Below the pieces are notes generated by a model. It ran no database searches and was not told the origin of the DNA. It saw nothing but the letters and a program-made list of their open reading frames with translations. Below, one piece after another: positions 1 through 14,000 of a stretch of DNA of 64,000 nt (position 1 is the first letter of the stretch; each line of letters begins with the position of its first letter). This DNA comes from Eledone cirrhosa. Taxonomy: Eukaryota. Location of the stretch: contig OZ024741.1 of NCBI GenBank assembly GCA_964016885.1, positions 311,984,001 through 312,048,000 of the forward strand, read 5' to 3'. The position numbers and the translations under genes were made by a program.

Positions 1-906
1 AAATAAAACTTTAAAAGAATATAGGACAAGAAACTAAGATAAAACTTTAAAGAATTGGACAAGAAATAAAAAATTTTACAATAATATAAATGGCAAAACT
101 TTTGTATTCGTTTCCTGTGCTATGCCCCAGTATCTTCTTGATTAGTGCATAATAATTGTCATGCTCTCATTGTGCGTTGCCCCTGAGCGGTTGGTTCTGG
201 TTGGGGTTGGCTGGCTGAGAAGTTCTGCTCCGTCAGAATGACCAGTGCAAGAAGAATTGGCCGATGCAGCTGCAGGTCTCCTCCAAGAATGCACTTCTGG
301 TCCCGCAACACCAGACGAAGATGGAGAAGACGACCGGGACAAGATGTCGACTCTGACCACCAACTACGGCACCTCCCTCAACCACCGGTCCTCCCTCCCT
401 CTGTCCCGTCATCCCTCCAGTCCACCTGCTCCCCCTTCCTGTACCAGAAAGCTGTGGCACGCATTCATCTGGACTGCCGGACTTGAACTCAAGGACAAGA
501 TGCAAGAAGAAGATGGACAGGTTGGTCAAGATCAAGGATGAGCGGGATGACAAGACCGTCCGCTGCTGCTCAAGATCTGTGCTCATGGGCCCATGGGTCC
601 ATTCACATTATGCATGACACATGAGGCGTGTCGCCGAATGATGAAATAGGGGTATGGTTATGGCCCAATTGGTGTTCAAACCAGGATCAAATGATCCCCC
701 CTGTCTGACGACGACCTCTGAATGTGGAACCCAGAGCCTATGAATGTGGAACTCGATTTTTTACCAATAAAAATTTTGCCACTAATATTATTGTAAAATT
801 TTTTATTTCTTGTCCAATTCTTTAAAGTTTTATTTTAGTTTCTTGTCCTATTCTTTTAAAGTTTTATTTTAGTTTCTTGTCCTGTATGTTTAAAGGTTTA
901 TATTCC
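1..906. mobile_element. Foldback/MITE-like element with long terminal inverted repeats built from ~33-bp subrepeats; left end lies outside the window
   Basis: 1-103 is the near-perfect reverse complement of ~771-870; the right arm has three TTTCTTGTCC...TTTAAAG.TTTAT subunits (806-906); the interior ~150-750 is GC-richer than the flanks. Confidence 0.7.
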
Positions 907-1233
907 AACAATATTACTTTTTTTTTGCTGTACGCATTTTTCTATCTAGTATATATATGTACAGATACATTGTAGGTTGCTTTAAGCCGTCTTTTATTAT
1001 TCAAAAAACTTCTTGCCAATAAACATTAACCCTTTGTGCACCATTCATCTAATTGTAGATCAACAAATATAAAAAAAACGGAGCGTTGACAAGAACGACG
1101 GCTAATGAATGTTCGAGATAAGAAATTTCCTCTCAAGCTGTTAGTTCACGCGGGATTCTCTGCTACACCTTTTCGTAATAATACCGAACAACGTACTGCT
1201 GGTCACTCCTTCCTCCAAAAGCCGTACAAAGCA

Positions 1234-1265
1234 TCTCTCTCTCTCACCCTCTCACTCTCTCTCTA

Positions 1266-1354
<89 letters not shown>

Positions 1355-1420
1355 ATATCTATATTTCTCTCTCTCTCTCTATATATATATAAATATATAT
1401 ATCTCCCTATATATATATAT
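1234..1420. repeat. Compound microsatellite (CT)n/(CTAT)n/(AT)n
   Basis: Directly visible. Confidence 0.95.
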
Positions 1421-1589
1421 ATTATAGACGTATTATCTTCGTTTTTTCCGTTCATTGCCAGAGAACGTCTTCACGAACCAACTAATAGAATATTAGTCTA
1501 CGATTTCATTTATCCCATGAACGTGGTTTTGTCTTTGCGTGTAATTATTTTCACCGCTCCAAATAATGATGTTGTTTTCCCGTTCTTTG

Positions 1590-1860
1590 CCAGGGAACGT
1601 TTCCACGAACCAAAGTATCGTCTTCCTGTCTTCCTTCGGTTGCAACGTTTTTCGAAATATTTACTTCTGTGTTCACAGATTTCTTTTTTTAGTTTCAGAA
1701 GATCCCGTTAAGGGTGAAAGCGGTGATACTTTGCTTAAACTTTAATCTGTTATTTTAATAAATATTCGCTGTACAGTTCTTATATATTTGATATATATTT
1801 ATCCTTATCGAGCCCTCTTTGGATTTTAGTCTTCAAATTTCTCATTATTACTATATATAT
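1590..1860. repeat. Unclassified dispersed repeat
   Basis: ~1600-1680 matches the reverse complement of ~22335-22415; ~1695-1860 matches ~8614-8770. Confidence 0.7.
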
Positions 1861-2149
1861 ATATTCGAAAAGCGTAAAATATCGGTATTTCAGAAAATAA
1901 TACGCAGCAAATAAAGTGACGATTTCGTCGTACCACACAACTTTACTGTCCGCAAAGTCAGTACGTCCCACACTTATGCAAAACATTACTTCTACCTATT
2001 ATTGAAGAGTTTCTCTCGAGCTTAATGCATAAAAAAATCACAGGCATAATTATTAAGATATATCCATTTAGTGATAACAATTTCTCGCCGTAAAGGTGAA
2101 TAACTATCAACGTCCAAAATACTCTAATCCATTATCTCCCGAGTTCTGA

Positions 2150-3130
2150 ATTGTTCATACAATTTATCGAACCAACAGTTGTAAGATATCAATGCTTGAA
2201 TATAATGTGTGTTGCTTTTTTTAAATGAACATATTCAAACATTTGAGTAGATGCTGTTTAGTGATCAATTGTTGATTGACCCTAAAGCACGTCTATTTTA
2301 GATATATTAAAACTATTTTGCAATGAGCATAACGTTCACTGAACAATATTGCTGACAGTGCAATTGATAGAGGGGAGCGTATGTTTCAGTAGGTAAATAT
2401 AGAAGTTTCTCTTCTCTCTTAAAACTTTGATTATGTAATCCTGTTTCAATAGTCAATTGTATGGTTCACAGCTAGTAATTACACAAAATTCATAAAAATA
2501 ACAACGGAATGCTTTGCTGATGTCCTGCAGTTAGTTGTTAAAACTGTGAACAAGCTAAAATCGAATTCTTTGTCTGAAAAAAATTTCCGTCCACTCAGAA
2601 TTGATAATGACGATGACTATGTGAGGCTTTTGTACCATACTGAAGTATGATGATTGTCAAAAGGCAACTGTGTTGTCAATTTTATCGATCTTTTTGATAT
2701 AATATGTTTTAATACACTCCACTATACAGTTCTCTGATTATTTCAAAATGTGATATTTTTTCCTTTCGCAAAATTAAATGATCTCAAGACGTTATTGCAT
2801 GCAAAGTAAAATACGCTTTTCAACTGTAAATCACCCTCAATGCTTTCATTTCTAAAATAACACTATATCAGATAAATGTTTTATTTTTTTGGAGGGGGGG
2901 GGAATCAAGTCCATCAATTTCAACGATTGAACAGCTTGGAAGATGAATTAGTTTATGAGGATGTCATTATATATCACAATTATTTGCTACGATTGCATGA
3001 TGACATGGTACACCGATTTCAGAATATTATCGCATTGTCAGTTCCAGTTTTGGATAACAACTCATTTGAAGTTAGAGTAATCGATTGCAAAAACTATGTG
3101 AATGACGAATTGATTTACAACATGACAATG
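2150..3130 (+). pseudogene. Degenerate hAT (Charlie/Buster; SCAND3/ZBED5-like) transposase remnant
   Basis: Manual translation ~2505-2700: VLQLVVKTVNKLKSNSLSEKNFR..DNDDDYVRLLYHTEV**LSKGNC (family motif LLxHTEVRWLSxG); ORF 2876-3190 gives YHNYLLRLHDDMVHRFQNI (HLxxLxxDFxxRF); stops and frameshifts present. Confidence 0.8.
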
Positions 3131-3539
3131 AAGCCTCAATGCGGTATCGGTTTAAAGGTAACCACGTCTTGTGGTATTATCAAAATATAGTGACACATTT
3201 TCAAAACCTAATAAAATTAATAAAATATAGTTTTAAAAGATCAAGTTTGCTTTCATTTGTTCTATAATATGGTAATAGCAGCCTCATCAGCTGCATAAGT
3301 CAGCGTTATTTGTTACCCCAGTTTGATATGTTTTATGACATTATAAAATGTCAGTTTACGAGCAACTACCAAACTTTTAGCAAACAATTTTGGTATACTT
3401 TTGAACATTTACGATACAGTCGCTTCCATTTGCTGTTGCCGAGACTAAATAAGTGACACAGTCACTACTTTAAAACTCATAGCCAATGGCCTTAAAAATG
3501 TTTTTAATTAAAATTTCAGAGCACTGATACTAATTCCCA

Positions 3540-3830
<291 letters not shown>

Positions 3831-3909
3831 ATATTATCAAAGAAATTGAGATATTATCCAAATAAACTGAATGTGGATGACGTAAGTAGAAAGAATCCCT
3901 TCAATAAAT

Positions 3910-3980
3910 AATTGTTTCTACTATTGGCACAAGGCCAGAAATTACCCAGTACATTACTGGTACTTTATTTTATCGAATCT
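3910..3980 (-). mobile_element. 3' fragment of the tRNA-derived SINE
   Basis: TTGTTTCTAC..TGGCACAAGGCCAG..ATTACTGGTACTTTATTTTATCGA matches full copies such as 42361-42534. Confidence 0.8.
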
Positions 3981-4144
3981 GGGAATAAAATACTCATAGA
4001 CCGAAACAACGATAAACTTAATGGTTTAAATCAGATGCAGCCTTCAAGAAATTGCACAGCAAGGAAATGTTCGTGCCGAAGGTGCACATAATAGTGCTCG
4101 GCAATGCTGTGACGACAATCAAAAATAATAAAACTAATATGTGT

Positions 4145-4262
4145 GTCTATTTTTGGCACAAAGCCAGAAATCTGAAGGGGAATGTGAAAGTGAATTAAAT
4201 CGGCACCAGTGCGTTACTGGTGATGTATGCTATTGACCCTGTAGAGATGAAAGTTAAAGCTA
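4145..4262 (-). mobile_element. Diverged SINE fragment (related subfamily)
   Basis: TTTTGGCACAAAGCCAGAAAT...TTACTGGT...GACCCTGTAGAGATGAAAG. Confidence 0.6.
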
Positions 4263-4665
4263 GCATGGACATCATCCGTCTCTCTACAGCATCATCCCTC
4301 ACATTGAAGACCACCGCACCCACCCACACCTTCTAGATTACGTTCCGCCACCTATTCTAGCACTTAGATGCTCCCCCTTGCTGAGATCGTTCTCAACCTC
4401 AACGGTTTTCCGCTTTTCAGGAAAGAATTACCAACAAATTACTGGGATATCCTTGGTAAATTCAATGTGCCCGAAATATGCCGACTTGTTCGTCAGCTAC
4501 ATCGAAACTCAAATGTTCTCACAGTATACTGCACCTACCCCTGTGCTATACGGCCATTAAATCGAGTATTCTATCGGCGCCATTTCTTTCTCCCATGAAC
4601 AACTTGACTCCTCTTTTTCTTTTGTCCAGTCTCTCCAACCCACCATTACATCCATTATCTCCTTA
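4263..4665 (+). pseudogene. Penelope-like element reverse transcriptase fragment
   Basis: Across frames: MDI..LYSIIPH, LAEIVLNLNGF, FSGKNYQQITGISL, MCPKYADLFVSYIE, typical of PLE RT core motifs. Confidence 0.8.
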
Positions 4666-4719
4666 ACTAGGTTTAATTAGGTATACCTAGCAAGGGCAGA
4701 GGGAGAAAAACTGTTACTC

Positions 4720-5305
4720 ATGTTCTTCGTTGCGTAGATCAGTTGAAGGAAGTATATCGGATTGCAAGAGAGTATGCTAGAGAAAATCGTGAAATGATCG
4801 AAATGGTAGTGGAACACTTACCCTGTCTTATACCGAAAAGAAGGAGACATAGATTACTTACTATGAGAGACTACTGAACGAAGAGAATAAATGGGACAGT
4901 AAGGGCTTACCACATGTAGATCTGACTAAGGGATCAGCTAAGAAGTTGACAGCAGCGAGATAGATAAAACAATTAAGGACATGAATGTAGAGAAGGCCAC
5001 TCGACCATCTGGTATATTTGTTGAGAGGCTAAAAGCACCTGTCATTGTAGGATATGTGCTACTCGGACATATAGTTAATCAAGTAGTACAAGAAAGGTGT
5101 CATACCCAATGACTGGAGCAGCAAAATTATTGTCAACTTCTACAAGGGAAATGAAGATGCACTAGAGAAAATAAGTACGGAAATATCCAGGTGATGGACG
5201 ATGTCATAAAATTTATTGAAAATGTTATAGGATGATTAATTCGGGAGATAATCAAAGTAGATAAGATGCAGTTTGGATGTATGCTAGCCAGAACTACATC
5301 TGGAT
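4720..5305 (+). mobile_element. RTE-clade LINE A, 5' part (interrupted by a nested RTE)
   Basis: IPNDWSSKIIVNFYKG, DKMQFG (RT N-terminal motifs); heavily decayed. Confidence 0.7.
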
Positions 5306-5309
5306 AAAT

Positions 5310-6298
5310 GGTGCTAAATGGTAACCATTCAATGTGGGAGTCGGATTCGGTCAAGGATGCGTCTTTCAGGTAATGTGTTCATTATTTACATGAAAATGAT
5401 TGACATGCGCAGTCGGGCTGGAAGTTGTATCACGACTGGTAAGTGTAAAATCAGTCGGCTAGAATTTTCGGAAGACACGGTATTCCTTAACTCGGCAGAA
5501 GGTAATCACTGAATTGCACTCTGTAGGTTTGATGTGGAGTGTTGCATGGCTGAAATCAAAATCAATGCTGCGAAAACTGAGATACTCGTCGTCTCAAGGA
5601 ATCTTTCGTCGTGCAATCTATATATGAATGGAGTTCCACTGAAACAAGTAGAGAAATTCAAGTATCTCGGAACGATGTTCACAAGTGATGGAACACATGA
5701 GGCTGAATTAAGTCCAAGAATTGCATGAGCTGGTGCAGTAATGCACCAGCTTCATCCGTCGGTAATCAGAAGAAGGGATGTAGGTGAAAATTCCAAACTA
5801 GTTATCTTCAATACGATATTCGTGTCAACACTCATGATGGTCATGTATCTTGGGTAATGACCAAACGAATATGATCGTGAATACAAGCGTTAGAAATGGG
5901 GTTCATCCAAAAATTATTTCGAATAACATTACTCAATAGTGTGCATAGATTGGAGACCAGGTATCCTTTCAGGAAGAGTCGTTACTTCTCCGAATTAAGA
6001 AATTACAGATACGATATTATATGCATGTGCTTAGAATGTTTCGGCAAAAATCGCTAGATAGATTTTTACGTGCAAACGCAACTGGTAGGAATCCCAGTTA
6101 CAGACACCGAACAAGATGGTTGGATAACATCCATGAGCTTGTCTGATCTAGATTGTGGATTTAGCTGGATCATTTGGAGTCGGTTGTTCCTGACAAACCC
6201 ACCGGAAGGAATGGTTAAAGACTCTTCTCCCACCACTACCATCTTAGGAATATGAGGGCGAAGTAGAAGAATAATAATAATAAGAAGAAGAAGAAGAG
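5310..6298 (+). mobile_element. 5'-truncated RTE-clade LINE B nested in LINE A
   Basis: VG..RQGC, KINAAKTEILV, PLKQVEKFKYLG..FTSDG; ends in a (TAA)/(GAA)n tail at ~6270-6298. Confidence 0.75.
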
Positions 6299-6299
6299 T

Positions 6300-8332
6300 G
6301 CCACTTATTCCCCCTTTATAGTACGACAACTGCTTGAGAGGTATTTAGCAAAGTGTAAATCACTATATCTAGATTTTGTAGATAGGGAGAATGCCTTTGT
6401 CAGGGTCCCATTCTCTGTAATATGGTGGACACTTAGGAAGCTAGATCTAGATGAATGTCTTGTGAGAGCAGTGTGGACCATGTATAAAAACACGGGAAGC
6501 CAGTAGAGGGATGAAGTGCAGTTCGATGTCCACCAGGGCTCCGTCCATAGTCAACTCCTATTTGTCACTGCTCTTCACCGTTCTTCCCTGAGTATTTCAA
6601 AACTGGTACTCCGTGGGCGTTACTATAGTACTTAAACTGAATCCGTAGGAGGGTAAGGGAGAAAACTTGAAACATGCAAGAACCTAGTGTTGAAATACCT
6701 AAAACTAGTTGCATCAAAGGCAAAATGGCTAAGTACGAAAGAGGACAAGAAGGTGATACAATCAGGGAGATGGCTGTGTTCGATATGCCAGAAAAGGATG
6801 GGCAGAGTTCTATAAGGTGCACAGAGTGCAATCGATGGACTCACACAAGATGTCGCTGATGCACAGAAGATGAGACCCCTAAGGACTTACGTGAAGGAGA
6901 TTCATTTAATTTCCAGGGATGCTCCTCAGAAATTGTCAATAGCTTTTGTTACTTAGGCGATCGTAATTACAAGTGTGGTGCATACACTGAAAGTGTGACA
7001 GCCAGGATCAGAACAGGCTGGAAGAAGTTTAGAGAGCTGATACCTCTGCTAACAACAAATATTTTCTCACTCGGAGTGAAGAGTAGACAGTAGGATTCCT
7101 GTAAAAAAAGGACAATGCTAAATGGATGGGAAACGTGTACCTTAACTACAGAAGACCTTCGAAGGCTGGAGAGAAATGACGACAGTATGCTCCGATGAAT
7201 GTGTAATACTAATGTGCATGGACGACGTAGAAAAAAATGAACTGAGAAGAAAACAGTATATAAGAGAATTTGGATGAAATGTGTAAAAGAGAGATTACTC
7301 TGGTATGGATATGTGATACGTATGGAAGATAGCAGCTGAACAAAGAAATGCAGAGCAATCGCAGTGGCTGGAACACGAGGAAAAGGCAGAGCAAAAAAAC
7401 TTGTGATGACAAAAGATCGAATGGGCTGACGCTATGCTGTGTTAATGAAGCCCCGACCAGAATCATAAGATATGACCTGACCCAACCATAAACTACCCCT
7501 CCTTCCTACTATTACTCCCCCCATCTGTCCGCCTCAATGCGGCATCCACTTAACATACACCCTCGAGAACCACTCAGCCATTAGACACCTTAGATATCCT
7601 CACCATTGGCCAATAGTAGCTGTTTTCTCTCCCCATTGTTCACGCCACCCCTACTAACAAACCTTATCCCTCACTATCCCCTACCCATCTCTCTAAAACG
7701 ACACCTATCTCCATCGACCACATCCTTCACTATATCCCACATCGCCATACACTAATCAGCTATCCCTAACTCTTTCTCATCACTAACTCCGCTTCCTATC
7801 TCTCCATCACGCCCCATATCACCATGTTGACCACATACCTCACACTCCTACACCCCATACACTAATCAGCAACTCCTACCCCTTACTCATTGCCCTGCCA
7901 AACAAATCCCCACACGTAACTATAACTTCATACTTATCTCCCTTCCTTATTGTCCCTTCTCCAGTCTTGATTTATGTTCAACCTCTCCAGAGTTGTTGGT
8001 GAGTGGAGGTTCACCTGCTGTAGATCCCATACATAACAGAATTGAGATAAACCTCTAGTTGTTTTAAAAACACAACCTCCTTAGTTCTGGTGATCTACAC
8101 AATGAAAGCAATCAGTACACGCTGCAAAGCAGTTGGTGTTAGGACAGGGATACGGTCGTAGAAAGTTTACTAAACAAAGGGTGAGTAGGACATTCAGTTT
8201 GTGTCAAAAAACAACTTCTCGATATGACCGTAGCCTATCTGATAGGTGGCCAAGCTTCAGTACTAATTTGATCTATGTGATCCCACGCAATCCTTGCTTC
8301 CAGATGTAAGCGGGGTGAAATGATGATGATGA
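6300..8332 (+). mobile_element. RTE-clade LINE A, 3' part with long C-rich 3' region ending in (ATG)n
   Basis: Resumes at FIVRQLLERYLAK..LYLDFVD..AF.RVP, the motif that follows QFG; later SIRCTECNRWTHTRC, FCYLGD, RIRTGWKKFREL; TGATGATGATGA at ~8321-8332. Confidence 0.7.
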
Positions 8333-8549
8333 CCTATACACATGTACACACACACACAGACAAACACACAAATATATATATATATACAATGATATTAAAT
8401 ATTTATTATACAATGATTTATTTAATCTCATTGAATATTTACTCCAGTAAATTATTGAGTGTTCTAAATCAGTTATAAACATTTATGTTTGTCGGACTTC
8501 CAATAAATTAAATACCACTTCTCCATTAATATATATATATATATATAAT

Positions 8550-8770
8550 AAAATAACAGATTAAAGTTTAAGTAAAGAATCGTTGCTTTCACCCTTAACG
8601 GGATCTTCTGAGACTCAGAAGATCCCGCAAATTTTGAAAGTAGCGATTTTTTACTTAAACTTTAATTTGTTATTTTAATATATATTTTCTCTACGTTTCT
8701 TATATATTTGATATATATTTATCCCTTTCGAGCCCTCTAAAAGTCTTCGCATTAATTATTATTACTATAT
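8550..8770. repeat. Head-to-head palindromic pair of a dispersed repeat (Penelope pLTR-like arrangement)
   Basis: CGGGATCTTCTGAG-A-CTCAGAAGATCCCG centred at 8613; arms extend imperfectly over 8550-8676; same repeat at ~1695-1860. Confidence 0.7.
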
Positions 8771-9009
8771 ATATATAGAGAGAGAGAGATAGAGAGAGAT
8801 GGGGTGGGAGGTGACACAGATAGACACACATACATACATACTGACTACTACGGGTATTAACTCCACGTCAACTATTATTGTGGACCGCTATTGTTAGGTT
8901 GGAGGATCAGGTGACAACATGACAGTGTTAATGAAAATGAGAAAAATATTTGAGGACAGACAAGTAATTAAATTATTCAATAAGTTGATAAAAGAGTTAT
9001 TATCTTACG

Positions 9010-10737
9010 GACACTGAGATACGGGACGATCTGGGCCGGCGGGAAACGCAAGTCACCCGGTCTAACTGGTCTACCCTATGAATTTTACATAGGCATGCCG
9101 GACTTGTTCTCTGGCGTCCTCGAAGCTGTCTACTGCGATTGTCAGCAGAACGAGAGAATTCCCAGTTCTGCAGGCAAGGCCGTAGTTACACTCATCAGGA
9201 AAGACGAGAACAGGGGGGGGGGGGCAAATTAGCAACTTCAGGCCCATAAACTCTGCTCAACACAGAGTTAAAGATTTTGGCCAAGGTGTTAGCGACGACG
9301 TTGGCGCTTGTCGTCGAGAACCTGGTAGGGAAAGCACAAACGTGTGCAATCCCGACCAGGTCTATACACGACAACTCCACCTCATGCGATAATCATATAG
9401 AGCGTAGGTAGTAAACCCGGCTTCGGTAGGGCTCTGATCAATTTGGATCAGTCTAAGGCATTCGATAGGGTCGACCATCGATACATGGAAGCGGTTCTCA
9501 AGACGGCCGGTTTCTGTCCCGTTTTCAGAGGCTGGATCGAGGCGATGCACACCAGCATCTGCTGGAGGGTCAAGGTGAACGGCTACTTATCGGAACCGTT
9601 CGCAATCACGCGTTCCGTTCGACAGGGGTGCCCTCTCTCCTCCATTCTATATGTATTGACTCTAGAGCCACTACTGCGGAAATTGGAGCTGTTGCAGGGC
9701 ATCGCTCTAGAACCGGGACTGCGCAAAGCGGCGTCGGTTTATGCCGACGACGTCACGGTAATGTTGTCGAGCACCTCGGAAATCGGAGTGATCGGCAACT
9801 TACTGAAAGAATACGAAACGCTGACGGGAGCAAAACTAAACACGGACAAGTCTGTCGGTTTGCAACTCGGTACGTGGAGAGGCAAACCGATGACGTCCGA
9901 CAGTGTAGTTGGACGCTGGGCGGACGGACCGGAGTAATTGCTCGGGGTCTGGTTCGGTCCAGACCACCAGGTAGAAAAAAACTGGAACGAGGTCACGGCC
10001 AAGGTGTTTGCACTCACCCAGAATTGGGCAGTGTGCAAACTGTCCTTGAAAGGTCGAACGGAGGTGGCGAACACTTTCATAGCGTCCGTCATCTACTACC
10101 GCTTGACAGTCGTGCCTTGTCCCCGTGAACACCTCACCAAGATGGAACGCATGCTCTTCCAGTTTCTGTGGAAGAAGCAGGCTACGCTGGTGAGGAGAGG
10201 CGTCTGCTGTCAGCATCCTTCCAACGGAGGGCTGGGAATGCCGTGGCTGATGATACGGAAACATGTGCTGAGGCTGCGACATCTCCAGGTATTCCTCACC
10301 GACCCCCAACCGGTGTGGTCACCGTTTGTGAAACAGGCTTTCCCGCAGCTCGTCTCGCTGACGGAGCTGCAGTCCTGGGTCAAGAAAAGACCGAAACCGA
10401 TGGGCCCCTGGCACATTGAATGCGCTTAGGCACTCACAGTCCCCTGGCAAGCGGGCACAGCAATCAGTGGAGACTCCACTTCGACATTCTATAGAAGGAT
10501 TGTACGTTACAAGGGTGACGACGAAGAAAGGAGCACTTGCACAACACGTTCCTGAAGTTGAGGGTTGTTCTATCTACGGGGTATTAAACAAGCCATTTGT
10601 GAAACTTCCCCCTTATTGGGGATTTCGATTGTTATAATTATTTGTTTTATATTTTTTACACGACTGTATGTAAAATAACCGGTATGACTTTGTATTATCC
10701 CCTTTTCTTGTGCGCCCTTGTGGCAAATAAAGAAATC
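9010..10737 (+). mobile_element. 5'-truncated, internally deleted Tx1/L1-type LINE (RT to 3' tail)
   Basis: KSPG..GLPYEFY, LINLDQSKAFDRVDH, SVRQGCPLS, YADD, GGLGMP; 3' tail CCCTTGTGGCAAATAAAGAAATC at 10715-10737. Confidence 0.9.
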
Positions 10738-11059
10738 TATCTTACCAAAAGTTGACTGCCATGTTAATACTATAATAAATCCAACAATAGAAGGGCGGGA
10801 CATTGCAAGCCGAGTTAAATTATAAATCGAAATTGAATAAATCTCCGAAAATTTTGTCTGAGTAGCGTTCCTCACGACGATGCTAACGGAATTATCGTTA
10901 GCGTTCAGTGCACGAGACGTCGTGTGCACCCTTTGTGCTAAACTTCTGTAGATTACTCTTGTTCTATTTCACTATATAACTTGATTGCGTTTTTCTTTTA
11001 CTTCAGTATTATGTAAGTCTAACCTTTTAATCGTAAAAGATTAAATAAAAGAAAAAGAG

Positions 11060-14000
11060 AATTTATATGTCTTAATCCTTATAGTGAGCAAATGGGGTCC
11101 CACGTGCTAGCCTCCCCGCAGACCCGGCGGACAGAATGGAGAAGGCGTTTCCCAGGGAGAGGGTAAGGGAGATGCGCTGGAAGAGCCATTCCAACTCGCG
11201 AGGTACACACCTGCGGTTGGCCAGTGCAGCACCTATTTTGGTGAATAGAAAGGTAAGCATACGGCCAAGGACACCAGATGTCTCCTTTGTCGGAGAGCGA
11301 CCGGTACTTGGAGAGTTTGGCCTCCTCAGACCAACATGCAGCAGTACCTGGGTTAGTCGCAGACTGCACCAGGTTGCGGCCGGTGAAAGTGGGGCTCCAA
11401 GTGGCATCCCAGACAAGGTGTTTTGCCACCGCGGAACGGGAAGATGGTCATACCGTCTGGCCTTTTGCCGTATCCTCGGTCCAGCCCCACCGGCTCGAGC
11501 TGGGAGCGAAGCTTGCAGCGTCCAAGCCATGATTTATGAACTCGTTGAGGGCAGGATGGCGTGGAAATTGGCCGGTACTGTGGCGACAGGGAAGCGGGTG
11601 GAGGCCGAAAGTGTACATGGTGGATCCAAAGCAGCATTTATGCGGCTCGCAGATCGGGAGTCCAAACAGCAAAGAAACGCTGATGCGCAGGCTATCGTTA
11701 TACATCTACGTGCCAGTGGAGAAAGGAGGGCAAGGCATGGAGCCAGACACCACTGTGTGTTTTGGAGGCCGCGCGAAAACAGGACAGGCGGTACTGGTCG
11801 AATGGGCGCGTGAGCATGTCTGAGGCTCGGCTGCAGAGGATGGCATCCCAAATGCTTTGAGGGGACTTCACTTCAGCAGGGGCGGGGGGGGCGTCTGCTT
11901 GGCTAAATCCCAGCCGGTCCCACATCTCACAGACGGACTCACGTTCCTCGATCACAGAGGGTTCCATTGTGTTTTGTAGAACCCTGCTCACGAGGACGCA
12001 GCATGATCGCAAAGACAGCGAGATCGGGGACCGGAGGCCAAGGCCGCCATATCTGAAAGGTAAAGTGGCCTGTTGCCATCCAATGTCGTCAAAACTGACG
12101 TTGCATATCTCCTCGGCTGCCGATCAGATACAAGTATTGACGTCAGCGAGGAGATATGTGTGGCTGTAGCACGGAGCGCTACGAAGGGTGTAGAGGAACT
12201 TAGGCATGGCGAAGCAGTTCCTCAACAGGAAGAGAGCTGGGAGGCCGTTTATCAAGCCCAGTCGGCTCGTAAGGGTCTGGATTTGTTGGAGCTTGGATGG
12301 ATAGTGGAGCGGATGGCCGGCGGGTAGATCGGCGACCCGGGGATAAGGACATCCTCTTTGTGGGTCACCTGTACGTGGTGGAGAATGGACGTCCTAGAGC
12401 GAAGCTGCAAAGATCTCAGAAACATGGCTGACATTCACCACCTCCGACTTGGATGAGTTGATCTGGAGCCCGATTCCCCCAGGGCAGGAACCACCGATTG
12501 AAAGTCATGGCAGATAACCTCCACGGCCCACCCAGCGTAGCATCATCCAGGTACCAAACGTTGAGATGGGCCGTGATACTACGGGCAATGTGGTCTATGC
12601 CAAGGGCAAAAGGAGGGAGCCCAAAGGGTCACCCTGTTGGCCCCCAGCGGTCGACGTTTTGACCGTATCAGCAGCAAGGAGCATTCTTGGGGCTCCATAT
12701 GAAATGTAGGCCAGTGGTTAGCTGGAGAGGGCTCGGCTGAAACAGGCGTCGAGCAGAAGGTCCCAGCGTATGCAGACAAAGGCATTCTTCATGTTAACTT
12801 GACAATGAGGTGCCTGGAGTCCCTGGATGCCGGTTCCGGTGAGCAGCTGTTGAAGAAATGCCTCGTTGCATGTGGGCGCCTTCACAGCCACCGGTCACGC
12901 CGACACCCAGTTGCACCCGACTGAACTCCTCATCCAGTTCAGGTGTTATGGACCTGCAGACCACCTTAGCAGCTAGCCTCCGGAAGACGTTACCCACAGC
13001 GAAGGGGCTTATGCCACTCTCTTTCTTCCTGAGAGCTGTCAGGCTAGCCGAAAAAAAGAGACCTCGGGCGTGTGGATACAGGGCGCCTAATGGTAAGTGC
13101 CACAATTTATCTCAGAAGACGGCGCCCAGCCTCAGCGGAGAGAGGGGATAGCAACTTCTTGAGGTGGCCAGGTCGGAGATCATCATCATCTCCACTGCGG
13201 CTGCTGCTAGCTAGGAAGGACTTGATGGAAGACAGGATGTCTGTGACGGAAGCCACAAGGAGTAGATGGGGATCGGGTGAGAGTATGGGACGGAGGCCAG
13301 CTGGTGACTCAGGTTGCTTGAGTCGCAGGGCAGCCAGGACCTACTCGGTGGATTGGAGGAAAGTGTCCTCTGAGGCACAACTCTGACTGCGGTCAAGACA
13401 TCACCAAGGATTAGTTTAGTGTTGACGCCGTTACGCAAATGCTTGGTGCTGGCCTCAGAGGTGGAGGATTGGAGGCACCCGAGAGCAGGAGGTGTGGTGT
13501 CCTTCGGCACGCTTGGTATGGTCGCTTGCCCAAAGGACGAAACATTGGCCTTGACAAAGTCTGTTGTCGACAGGCCGCCTAGGTCTTAGCCAGACCTGGA
13601 GAGACCGAGGGAGAGTGGGGCGAAATAGAAGAGGCACTCCCAGTCACTGGCTTCATTGGAGTCCAGGGCACTCTCAATCGAGGAAGCGAGGGCATCGTCT
13701 ACCAACATCCGGGCCACTCTCAGGACCCAGGTATTGTGCCAGACGGCTATGGCTGTGCCGTCGAGTGAAAGAGACAGTTTCTGCATCTGCACCCTGCGAG
13801 GGCACTGGAACCTCGAAGCCAAGTCAACACAGATGAGGTGGTGGAAGCAGCCCCCCCCCCCCAACAGTTCCGGCCCCTCTTCCATCTGTTTGTTCTGCTG
13901 CAATTAATGCAGGTGTCGACTGGTGTGTCTGGATGATGGGGCGTGGGGCTGGGGACTAGGGAACCAAGCGGCATCAGGGGTGAGTGGCTGGTTGTCACCA

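Noticed and set aside
1695-1735. Hammerhead-like CAGAAGA-TCCC-GTTAA-GGG-TGAAAG (also at 8580-8640)
   Set aside because: All copies have CAGA instead of the essential CUGA, and no clear stem III, cleavage triplet or stem I
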